DNA of 64,000 nt, taken from contig CACASS010000001.1 of the NCBI GenBank assembly GCA_902535275.1, forward strand, positions 316 through 64,315. Reading direction: 5' to 3'. This DNA is from an uncultured Pelagibacteraceae bacterium. GTDB lineage: Bacteria > Pseudomonadota > Alphaproteobacteria > Pelagibacterales > Pelagibacteraceae. Below are positions 52,350 through 61,142 of this stretch, one piece after another. The translations under genes and the position numbers were made by a program. How positions within the stretch are numbered: the first letter of the stretch is position 1; each line of letters begins with the position of its first letter. The notes below the pieces were generated by a model, which made no database searches, was not told the DNA's origin, and saw only the letters and a list, made by a program, of their open reading frames with translations.

Positions 52350-52667
52350 ATGATTAAAGAAATTAAATTTACAGATAATGCGTTAAAACAAATCAATAAC
52401 CTTTTATCAACGAAGGATGAAGGTTCTTTTTTTAGAATCGCTATCAAAGGTGGTGGATGCTCAGGGTTTCAGTATGATTTCTCATTTGATAAAACACCTC
52501 AAGACGACGATTTAAGACAAGATAATATTTTAATTGATAAAACTTCAGCTGATCTCTTGAAAGGATCAGAGGTTGATTTCGTAAAAGAATTAATCGGAGA
52601 CCAATTTAAAATTAGTAACCCACAAAGCAAATCATCTTGCGGTTGTGGTGTTTCATTTTCTCTTTAA
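52350..52667 (+). CDS. erpA: A-type Fe-S carrier (ErpA/IscA)
   Basis: GGGCSGFQY, SCGCGVSF. Confidence 0.9.
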   Translation: MIKEIKFTDNALKQINNLLSTKDEGSFFRIAIKGGGCSGFQYDFSFDKTPQDDDLRQDNILIDKTSADLLKGSEVDFVKELIGDQFKISNPQSKSSCGCGVSFSL

Positions 52668-53443
52668 TGATCATTAGCTCATGGAATGTAAATTCTATTA
52701 GGGCAAGAATATTAAACGTTCAAGAATACTTAAAAAAGTTCAATCCTGATATCGTGTTAACCCAAGAAATAAAAACTCAAGAGGAAACTTATCCGTTTGA
52801 TGATATTAAAAAATTAAAATATGAAAGTTATGTATTTGGACAAAAAAGTTACAACGGTGTTGCAATACTTTCCAAAAAAAAATTAGATAAAATCGAAAAA
52901 GATATTTTTAAAGATAAAAACAAACAATCGAGAATAATTACAGCAGATACAAAGTATAAATCTAAAACTATTAAAATTATAAATATCTATACGCCAAATG
53001 GTAACCCAGTAGATACAGAAAAATATGATTATAAATTATATTGGCTAAATAGTTTAATTAAAAAAATTAAAACACTTTTAAAAAGTTATGATAATATAAT
53101 TATTGCGGGTGACTTTAACATAATACCTTCTGCTGAAGATGTTCACGACCCTAAAGGATATGAAAATGATGCTCTTTTTAGAATTGAGATTAGAAAAAAA
53201 TTAAGAGAAATGTTTAATTTAGGATTTCACGATGCATTTAGATATATTTATCCAGATAAAGAGGAATATACTTTTTGGGATTATACAAGTGGTGCTTGGC
53301 AAAAAAATAATGGAATGAGGATTGATCACTTTTTAGTGACTAACACTTTGTTGAATAGTATTAAAGATGTTAAAGTTAATAAATATCCAAGAGGTAGAGA
53401 AAAACCATCTGATCATACACCGATCGAATTAGAATTAGCTTAA
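52667..53443 (+). CDS. xth: exodeoxyribonuclease III
   Basis: SWNVNS, QEIK, GDFN, RIDH, SDHTP; start at ATG 52667. Confidence 0.95.
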   Translation: MIISSWNVNSIRARILNVQEYLKKFNPDIVLTQEIKTQEETYPFDDIKKLKYESYVFGQKSYNGVAILSKKKLDKIEKDIFKDKNKQSRIITADTKYKSKTIKIINIYTPNGNPVDTEKYDYKLYWLNSLIKKIKTLLKSYDNIIIAGDFNIIPSAEDVHDPKGYENDALFRIEIRKKLREMFNLGFHDAFRYIYPDKEEYTFWDYTSGAWQKNNGMRIDHFLVTNTLLNSIKDVKVNKYPRGREKPSDHTPIELELA

Positions 53444-54433
53444 AGATTTGATTTTATTGACTAGATCCTCATTAATATGTCTAGGCCCTTTATCTAACCT
53501 ATTTTTATGTCTTCTCTCACCAGGTAATCTGACATCACCCATTGATTTCATTTTTTCAAAAAATTTTGATGAATGTTCATCCCAATTATTTTTTGATAAT
53601 TTATCTGGAGATATGGCTAAAATGAACTCTCCACCACTTGGAGGACCTCCATCATTATTATCCTTCTCAGCTGTCTCATAACTGAAATTATCTCCTACTA
53701 AGGCACCTGCAAGCAATTCGACCATCATCGCAATCCCTGAGCCTTTATAGCCACCGAAAGGCAATAAAACACCCCCATCTGCAATCTCAGCAGGATCAGT
53801 TGTATCTTTTCCCTCTTTTGTAAGTCCTGTTCCTAATGGAACTTTATGACCTTCTCTTTTAGCAACTTGAACTTCGCCCATAGCCATTGATGCTGTTGCC
53901 ATATCATAAACGACTGGAGGTTTGTTTTTTCTTGGCCAAGCAAATGATATTGGATTTGTTCCAAACAAAGGCTTAATTGCTCCAGCAGGTGCTACAGCAG
54001 GTTTGTAAGATGTGCATGCAAAAGCGACCAAACCTTGTTCTGCAATCATTTCAGTTTCAGGCCACATAGCTGCCATATGATGAGAATTAGTTATAGCTAA
54101 AATCGCAACACCATTTTCTTTAGCAAGTTTAATTAGTTCTGGAATACTTTTTTTTAAAACAACAGGAGCTAAACAGTTATTACCATTAGCTTTAATAACT
54201 GATGCTGATATTTTTTTTATATCCGGCTTGCCTTTACCATTAATTTTTCCACTTTTTAATCCTACTACATAAGCTGGCACTCTGAATAAACCATGCGATA
54301 AGGATCCATCCGTCTCAGCTTTAGTAACTAAGTCTGCCATTATAGTTGCTGTTTCATCATCACAACCACTATTTAAAAAAGTATTTTTTGCTAAATTATA
54401 AATTTCATCTAGCTCTAAAGATATATTGCTCAC
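53435..54433 (-). CDS. Ldh_2 (type-2 malate/L-lactate dehydrogenase) family oxidoreductase
   Basis: SHGLFR, GTNPISFA, DMATA, PFGGYKGSG; substrate not assignable. Confidence 0.88.
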   Translation of the reverse strand: MSNISLELDEIYNLAKNTFLNSGCDDETATIMADLVTKAETDGSLSHGLFRVPAYVVGLKSGKINGKGKPDIKKISASVIKANGNNCLAPVVLKKSIPELIKLAKENGVAILAITNSHHMAAMWPETEMIAEQGLVAFACTSYKPAVAPAGAIKPLFGTNPISFAWPRKNKPPVVYDMATASMAMGEVQVAKREGHKVPLGTGLTKEGKDTTDPAEIADGGVLLPFGGYKGSGIAMMVELLAGALVGDNFSYETAEKDNNDGGPPSGGEFILAISPDKLSKNNWDEHSSKFFEKMKSMGDVRLPGERRHKNRLDKGPRHINEDLVNKIKSLS

Positions 54434-54476
54434 ACATCTATTAGATATTATTTAAGATTTATTTCAAATAGAATAT

Positions 54477-55211
54477 TTATTTATTTTTATCTTCCCACTC
54501 AAAACGTGGAAAAGAATCAAAGATTTTAAAAATACCATTTGACCATTGATTACAGACTTTTGAATACTCATCATCAGTAAGATTTAAGCACTTTTGTGAT
54601 GCAATTTTATATTGGTCTTTTCTATAAACCGTAAAATCAATTGGTGGACCAACTGTTAAGTCACTTTTTAATGTTGAGTCCATTGATATTAAAGCACATC
54701 TTGATGCATCACCAACTGTGACTTCGGGTTTAATAACTCTATCTAAAATTGGTTTCCCGTATTTAACTTCGCCAATAACTAGATATGGCTTGCTATCAGC
54801 GGGTCTTATATAATTTCCTTGAGGATAAACTAAGTATAATTCCATTGGTTGTCCCTTAATCTGACCACCAATAACAAAAGTAGATCCCAATAATACTGTG
54901 TCTGTGTTAATACCTTTAGGTGCTGAATGTTCAATATTTAATGAACCAATATATGAAGCAATCTGATCAAAATTTTCACAAGTATTTAAATTCATTATTC
55001 CAGTGGAATTCTTTAAATCATTTTGAATTGATTTATAAACTGCCTGAGAAGTTCCTAAATTACCTGAAGTAACAATAATAATTGTTCTGTCGCCTACATC
55101 GTACGTGAACATTTTTGAATAAATATTTACGTTATCTAAACCAGCATTCGTTCTCGAGTCTGACGCAAAAACCAATCCATCTTGTGCTTTAATGCCAATA
55201 CAATAAGTCAT
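54477..55211 (-). CDS. Anbu proteasome-type (Ntn) protease
   Basis: MTYCIG (Thr1 nucleophile), SDSRTNAG, GNL, YPQGN, IGEVKYGKPILDR, SMDST...VGPPID. Confidence 0.92.
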   Translation of the reverse strand: MTYCIGIKAQDGLVFASDSRTNAGLDNVNIYSKMFTYDVGDRTIIIVTSGNLGTSQAVYKSIQNDLKNSTGIMNLNTCENFDQIASYIGSLNIEHSAPKGINTDTVLLGSTFVIGGQIKGQPMELYLVYPQGNYIRPADSKPYLVIGEVKYGKPILDRVIKPEVTVGDASRCALISMDSTLKSDLTVGPPIDFTVYRKDQYKIASQKCLNLTDDEYSKVCNQWSNGIFKIFDSFPRFEWEDKNK

Positions 55212-55323
55212 TTGAATAATTTACTATTGAATTATAACATTAATTAATAATCTATTAAAAGCATAACTGCTATATCTATTATGCATTTGCTTATTCCATC
55301 CAATTATTAAACATTATCTCGTT

Positions 55324-56769
55324 ATGGTCTCTAAACTATGGAAAAACTATAATGCTAAAAATGCTTATGATGGTTATTTTACAAAAGATAATAAGCTAAG
55401 AAAACATGCAACTATAATTTCAGGTATCCTAGAAAGATACGGTAAGAAAAAACTTCAGGAAATAGAAAAGAACTGCCAAAGTACAATTAGTGCAAGAGGA
55501 ATAAATTTTAGAGTTTATGCTGCTAACAATCGTGCGGAAGAAAAAAAATGGCCATTGGATATAATTCCTAGAATAATACCAAAAAAACAATGGAACAAAG
55601 TTTCAAAAGGCTTGCAGCAAAGAGTGAGAGCTTTAAACCTATTTATTGATGATGTTTATAATCAAAAGAAAATTTTTAAAGATAATGTAGTACCAAAAGA
55701 AATAATTTTTAAATCTCCATTCTATGTAAAAGAATGTGATGGGTTTTCACCCAAACATAAAGCCTGGTCAAATATTTCAGGAGTTGATTTAATAAGAAAT
55801 ACTAGTGGTGATTATTTAGTTTTAGAAGATAATTTAAGAGTTCCATCAGGTGTTTCTTACATGCTTGAGAATAGAATGGTAATGAGAGATGTTTTTCCGG
55901 AATTATTTACAAGGTATAAAGTTGCTTCTATCCATCAATACACAAACAAATTATTTAATTGCATGGTTGAATGTATTCCTAAAAAAACATCAAATCCTCA
56001 TATGGTTGTATTAACACCTGGTATTTATAATTCAGCTTACTTTGAACATTCATTTTTAGCAGAGCAAATGGGTATAGCTTTAGTGGAGGGAAAAGATTTG
56101 TTTGTTGAAAATGATATTGTCTATATGAAGACAGTCAAGGGACCCCTGAAGGTTGATTGTATTTATAGGCGATTAGATGATAATTTTTTAGATCCAAAAG
56201 TTTTTTTTAAAGGATCATTAATTGGTGTTCCTGGACTTTTTAAAAGTTGGAGAAAAGGAAATGTTGGTATTATTAATGCGATTGGAACAGGTGTAGCTGA
56301 TGACAAAGTTGTTTATTCTTACGTAAATAAAATGATAGTTTATTATTTGGGAGAACAACCTATTTTAAATCAAGTAGAAACATACCTCTGTCATAACAAA
56401 TCTGAAAGAGATTATGTAATCGAAAATATTGGTAAATTAGTTGTAAAGCCTGCAAATGCATCGGGTGGTTATGGAATTATGATTGGTCCAAAAGCTCCAA
56501 AAAAAGAACGAGAGGAAGTAATTGCCAAAATAAAGAAAAATCCAAGAGAGTATATTGCTCAACCATTAGAAACTCTTTCAACAGCTCCAACAATCACTGA
56601 AGATGATATAGAACCTAGGCACCTTGATTTAAGACCTTTTGTTTTAAGTGGAAAAACTACATACGTAAGCACTGGTGGACTAACTAGAGTAGCTTTAAGA
56701 AAAGGCAGTACTATTGTAAATAGCTCTCAAGGTGGTGGTTCTAAGGATACACTTATTGTTGAAACATAA
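55324..56769 (+). CDS. circularly permuted ATP-grasp type 2 amidoligase
   Basis: DIIPRII, VLEDNLRVPSGVSYMLENR, TPGIYNSAYFEH, DLRPF, GGLTRVAL, VNSSQGGGSKD. Confidence 0.92.
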   Translation: MVSKLWKNYNAKNAYDGYFTKDNKLRKHATIISGILERYGKKKLQEIEKNCQSTISARGINFRVYAANNRAEEKKWPLDIIPRIIPKKQWNKVSKGLQQRVRALNLFIDDVYNQKKIFKDNVVPKEIIFKSPFYVKECDGFSPKHKAWSNISGVDLIRNTSGDYLVLEDNLRVPSGVSYMLENRMVMRDVFPELFTRYKVASIHQYTNKLFNCMVECIPKKTSNPHMVVLTPGIYNSAYFEHSFLAEQMGIALVEGKDLFVENDIVYMKTVKGPLKVDCIYRRLDDNFLDPKVFFKGSLIGVPGLFKSWRKGNVGIINAIGTGVADDKVVYSYVNKMIVYYLGEQPILNQVETYLCHNKSERDYVIENIGKLVVKPANASGGYGIMIGPKAPKKEREEVIAKIKKNPREYIAQPLETLSTAPTITEDDIEPRHLDLRPFVLSGKTTYVSTGGLTRVALRKGSTIVNSSQGGGSKDTLIVET

Positions 56770-56813
56770 TAATATTCATATTATTAAAAATTAATCAGCC
56801 TAAATTCATTTTG

Positions 56814-57602
56814 ATGAAAAATAACATAATAATTTTTACAGATCTAGACGGATCTTTATTAAATACTAAAAATTTCAAATTCGAAAAAGCTAAATCACTT
56901 ATTAAAAAAATTATTAAAGATAGTAATTTTATAATTCCTAATTCAAGTAAAACAGAGTTAGAGATAAGAAATTTTATTAAGAAATTAAAAATCAAGCTTC
57001 CTTTTATTAGCGAAAATGGTTCTGAAATTCATAATCTAAATACGATCGAAAGAAAGCTTCCTAAAAAAATAACAATAGCGCGTGATAGAAATACAATTTT
57101 GAAAATTTTTTTAAAAAATATGAGTAAAGAGATTTTAATAAAATGTGATTTTTTATATAAAATGGACAATAAAAATAAATCTAAAATTTTAGGTTTAAAA
57201 GGAAAAGATTTAGTCGCTAGTTCAAAACGAAAATATACTTATCCTTTTATTTTTAAAGGAGATAATAAACTAAAAAAATTATTATTTAAAAAAACTTACA
57301 AGGTAGGTTTAGCTATTCAACAAGGAGGCAGAGTGATGAATTTAGGCGATAATGTAACTAAAGGCATGGCAATTAAAAAAACATTAAATTTTATAAAATC
57401 AGTTAATAAAAATAAGATTACAACCATTGCTGTTGGTGATAATCAGAATGATTTAAGTATGTTAAAAGTCGTGAAATATCCCTGTATTGTTTCAAATAGA
57501 TCCATCAAAATTAATAACAAAAATAAAATCTATACTAATAAAAAGGCTCCAGAAGGATGGATTGAGGTGGTCAAAAAGGCAATGGATAAAATAAATAAAT
57601 AA
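56814..57602 (+). CDS. gpgP: glucosyl/mannosyl-3-phosphoglycerate phosphatase (HAD-IIB)
   Basis: FTDLDGSLL, SSKT, FISENG, QGGR, GDNQND, PEGW. Confidence 0.85.
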   Translation: MKNNIIIFTDLDGSLLNTKNFKFEKAKSLIKKIIKDSNFIIPNSSKTELEIRNFIKKLKIKLPFISENGSEIHNLNTIERKLPKKITIARDRNTILKIFLKNMSKEILIKCDFLYKMDNKNKSKILGLKGKDLVASSKRKYTYPFIFKGDNKLKKLLFKKTYKVGLAIQQGGRVMNLGDNVTKGMAIKKTLNFIKSVNKNKITTIAVGDNQNDLSMLKVVKYPCIVSNRSIKINNKNKIYTNKKAPEGWIEVVKKAMDKINK

Positions 57603-57616
57603 ATTAATTTATAAAT

Positions 57617-58837
57617 ATGGGTGATTTTTCTCAAAACGGAATAGTAGCAAATCTTCACGATTTTTCGATACGAAGTACTGAGCAAATAGAAAAAGACTTA
57701 TTAAAATTTTCTAAAGAAAGAAAGTTAGAATTAATTTTACCTTGTCTTTATTCGGAACTTGAAGGAGACGCATTACCAAACATTGTGAATGAAATAAGCA
57801 AAACTAAATATCTTAATCATGTGATAATTGGCTTAGATCAAGCGAATAAAGCACAAGCTAAAAAGGCATGGAAATTTTTTAAAAAGTTAAAAACTCCATT
57901 TTCTATTTTATGGAATGATGGTCCTAAATTAAAAAAATTAGATAAGGAATTAAAAAGCATAGATCTTGCGCCAAAACAAATGGGTAAAGGGAGAAATGTT
58001 TGGTATTGTATTGGTATGGCAATAGCTAGGGATGAAGCTAGATCAGTTGCTCTTCATGATTGTGATATCAAAACATATGATAGAAGATTGTTAGCAAAAC
58101 TTTTTTATCCTGTAGAAAACCCATTATTTAATTATGAATTTTGCAAAGGTTATTATCCAAGAATCGCTGATAATAAAATGCATGGAAGAGTAGCTAGATT
58201 GCTTGTTAACCCACTACTCACAGCAATGGAAAAAACAATAGGCAAAAGTGATTACATAGACTTTATGAAGTCATTTAAATACCCATTAGCTGGAGAATTT
58301 TCATTTAGAAGAAATATTCTTCCAGAACTTAGAATTTCATCAGATTGGGGAATTGAAATTGCTATTTTATCTGAAATGCAGAGAAATTATTCATCTAACA
58401 ACATATGCCAAGTAGAATTAGCTGATAACTACGATCATAAACATCAGATATTATCTATTAAGGATAGTTCAAAAGGGTTATCTAAAATGTCTATTGATAT
58501 AATCAAAACATTGGTAAGAAAACTAGCAACACAAGGCTATTCTTTTAGCAAAGAAACTTTTAGATCAATTAAAGCAACTTATTATAGATCAGCTTTAGAT
58601 TTAATTGATATTTATAGAAGTGATGCTCAAATGAATGGTCTTAAGTTTGACTCTCACAATGAGGAAAAAACGGTTGAGTTATTTGCTTTAAATATAATGA
58701 AAGCTGGAGAGTCATTTTTTGAAAATCCAATGGATACACCTTTTATACCAACTTGGCATAGAGTAAAAAGTGCTATCCCTGATTTCTTAGATAGATTTAA
58801 AGAAAGCGTTAAAGCGGACAATAAAGAGTTTAAGTAA
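57617..58837 (+). CDS. gpgS: glucosyl-3-phosphoglycerate synthase (cyanobacterial/proteobacterial GpgS type)
   Basis: MGDFSQNG, GKGRNVW, HDCDI, KGYYPR, GRVARL, YPLAGEF, DWGIE, YDHKHQ; adjacent to the phosphatase. Confidence 0.8.
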   Translation: MGDFSQNGIVANLHDFSIRSTEQIEKDLLKFSKERKLELILPCLYSELEGDALPNIVNEISKTKYLNHVIIGLDQANKAQAKKAWKFFKKLKTPFSILWNDGPKLKKLDKELKSIDLAPKQMGKGRNVWYCIGMAIARDEARSVALHDCDIKTYDRRLLAKLFYPVENPLFNYEFCKGYYPRIADNKMHGRVARLLVNPLLTAMEKTIGKSDYIDFMKSFKYPLAGEFSFRRNILPELRISSDWGIEIAILSEMQRNYSSNNICQVELADNYDHKHQILSIKDSSKGLSKMSIDIIKTLVRKLATQGYSFSKETFRSIKATYYRSALDLIDIYRSDAQMNGLKFDSHNEEKTVELFALNIMKAGESFFENPMDTPFIPTWHRVKSAIPDFLDRFKESVKADNKEFK

Positions 58838-58852
58838 ACTTAATAGATTAGT

Positions 58853-59116
58853 TTAATGTTTGTGATTATGTTCTTCGTTTAAATTATCAATATCAATTTC
58901 TTGAATTTCATAAATGGGCTTTGCTATACGCCAGTTCCTTACTTTCCCATCCTCTGCTCTCTCGGTTATTATTGTCTCTATAGGAGGGCAATTAGGTTCA
59001 TGACAACTTAACTCAGCCATGCTTAAAATAGATTTTTCTGGAATTTGATGTTTTTTTGAAAATACAAGTTTTAAATTTCTAATAGTTTCAGCATTAGGTT
59101 TTTTTTTATTAAACAT
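58853..59116 (-). CDS. small Cys/His-containing protein of unknown function
   Basis: ELSCHEPNCPPIET motif, C-terminal HNHKH; last gene of the znuA operon. Confidence 0.75.
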   Translation of the reverse strand: MFNKKKPNAETIRNLKLVFSKKHQIPEKSILSMAELSCHEPNCPPIETIITERAEDGKVRNWRIAKPIYEIQEIDIDNLNEEHNHKH

Positions 59117-59119
59117 AGA

Positions 59120-60163
59120 TTATTTTTTTTCCTTATCCCAGATTGATGTCCATAAAATATTTCCTCCCATGTCACCAATTAATAGGTGTGAGCAATCTTT
59201 GGTTACTGCAATTGCAGATACTTCAAATTCTGTAAAGCTTCGAATAATAATTGTATTGCTTGCTTTTTCGATTTCTGACAAAAAAACTGACCCGTCACTT
59301 AACCCAGTTAAAATTGCATTTTCATTTGGGAATGGTTCAACAAATGTAACTAATTTATTTCCTACATAAGGAAGACAAATGGGTTCTCGACCTACTGGTC
59401 CATCTCCATCGAATGGCCAACATACTGCTTCTTTAGCTCCAGATGTTGCTAAATATTTTGAGTCATCTACGAAAGCAAAACTTTTAATTTTTGCACCATA
59501 TCCAGACATTGCTGAGTCAATTTTGTCTTTTAATCGCCAAAAATGTAGTTGGTTTTCCTGCATTGATGTAACCAGGTATTTACCATCAGGACTAAAAATT
59601 ACTTTGTTATGAGAACCCTTCCAGTTTAATTCTGATGAATTCCATTTGTTGCTATAATCTTTTTTCCAAAGAGTTACTCCTCCGTAACGAGAAACTGCCA
59701 ATCTTCTGCCTTTGGTGTCAAATGCTATACCTCCAATAGTACTATTATGCTCAAATAATTTTGGCTGTTTATGATTTAGTGACCAAAGATAAACAATATT
59801 TCCAGATGAACAAACTAGACTTCCATTATTTGCTGTAACATGATCTACCCAACGCGTACCAAAGTTACCAATCTCACTAATCTTTCCATCAAGGGAAATT
59901 TTTAAAAATCGACCATCATCTCCACCAGTTAAAATATTATCACCATCTTTAGACATGCAGAGTACAATGCCTTTGTGAGCTTTTATTGGTTCAGAACTTT
60001 TGCCAGATGTAAAAATTCTTACTGTGCCATCACCAAATCCAACTGCTATTGAGTTACCAACTGTAACCGCATTAGTTACAGGAATTCCAAGTTTAAACTC
60101 TGTTCCTCTTTGTTCAAATTTAGTCTTATCTAATTCTGGGAATTGACTTGTATCAGCCTTCAT
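59120..60163 (-). CDS. WD40-repeat beta-propeller protein
   Basis: Repeats such as VGFGDGTVRIF, TGGDDGR, FSPDGKYLVTS...LHFW. Confidence 0.88.
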   Translation of the reverse strand: MKADTSQFPELDKTKFEQRGTEFKLGIPVTNAVTVGNSIAVGFGDGTVRIFTSGKSSEPIKAHKGIVLCMSKDGDNILTGGDDGRFLKISLDGKISEIGNFGTRWVDHVTANNGSLVCSSGNIVYLWSLNHKQPKLFEHNSTIGGIAFDTKGRRLAVSRYGGVTLWKKDYSNKWNSSELNWKGSHNKVIFSPDGKYLVTSMQENQLHFWRLKDKIDSAMSGYGAKIKSFAFVDDSKYLATSGAKEAVCWPFDGDGPVGREPICLPYVGNKLVTFVEPFPNENAILTGLSDGSVFLSEIEKASNTIIIRSFTEFEVSAIAVTKDCSHLLIGDMGGNILWTSIWDKEKK

Positions 60164-61134
60164 GCCGATTTACAGTTTTCAAATCCTTCTTTTAAATTCA
60201 TACTTTCTAGGTTTCGACCAATGAAGACTAGTCGAGAACTTCGTTCTTTTCCCTCAGGCCATTTACCCATTGGTGAGGCATCCATAAGCATATGTACACC
60301 TTGAAATACATATCGATCACTTTCTCCTGTAAAGTCAAGTATACCTTTGGTTCTTAAAATATCCTGACCTTTGGTTTGTAATAGTTTACTAAACCAATCT
60401 TGAAACTTTTCCATGTCTAAAGGGGTATCAGAGACAAATGATAAGCTAGTTACATCATCATCATGCTCATGGTCATGATCTGATGTTAGAAAATCAGGCT
60501 CAACATCTAAAACACGTTTTAAACTAAATGCATCAAGATTTAAAATCTCATTTAAAGATACTCCACATTTGGTTGTATTTATAATTTTTGCGAAAGGATT
60601 AATTTTTTTAATTCTTTCTTTAACAACTTCTAATCCACTCTCATCAACAAGATCTATTTTGTTTAATAATACAACGTCTGCAAAGGCAATTTGCTCCTCT
60701 GCTTCGTGATGATCTGTTAATTGTGTACTTAAATGAACAGCATCAGCAACTGTAACAATTGCATCTAACTTTGTACGATCAGCAACATCTTGATCTACAA
60801 AAAAAGTTTGTGCAACAGGAGCTGGATCAGCTAATCCTGTTGTTTCTACTATGATTGCATCAAGCTTATCCGCTCGTTTCATAAGACCACTTAAAATCCT
60901 GATTAGGTCTCCTCTTACAGTACAACAAATGCAACCGTTGTTCATTTCAAACACCTCTTCATCAGCATCAACAACTAAATCGTTATCAATGCCCTGCTCA
61001 CCAAATTCATTAACTATTACAGCATATTTTTTGCCATGCTGCTCAGTTAATATTCTATTTAAAAGAGTAGTTTTTCCAGCACCTAAAAAGCCTGTTAAAA
61101 CAGTAACAGGAACTTGTTTGTTAGTTTCTTCCAT
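60160..61134 (-). CDS. COG0523/CobW-family metallochaperone GTPase
   Basis: GFLGAGKTT, NEFGE, GCICC, ETTG, NKID, HDHEH, CobW_C domain (FQGVH, LVFIGR). Confidence 0.94.
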   Translation of the reverse strand: MEETNKQVPVTVLTGFLGAGKTTLLNRILTEQHGKKYAVIVNEFGEQGIDNDLVVDADEEVFEMNNGCICCTVRGDLIRILSGLMKRADKLDAIIVETTGLADPAPVAQTFFVDQDVADRTKLDAIVTVADAVHLSTQLTDHHEAEEQIAFADVVLLNKIDLVDESGLEVVKERIKKINPFAKIINTTKCGVSLNEILNLDAFSLKRVLDVEPDFLTSDHDHEHDDDVTSLSFVSDTPLDMEKFQDWFSKLLQTKGQDILRTKGILDFTGESDRYVFQGVHMLMDASPMGKWPEGKERSSRLVFIGRNLESMNLKEGFENCKSA

Positions 61135-61142
61135 TAATTAAA

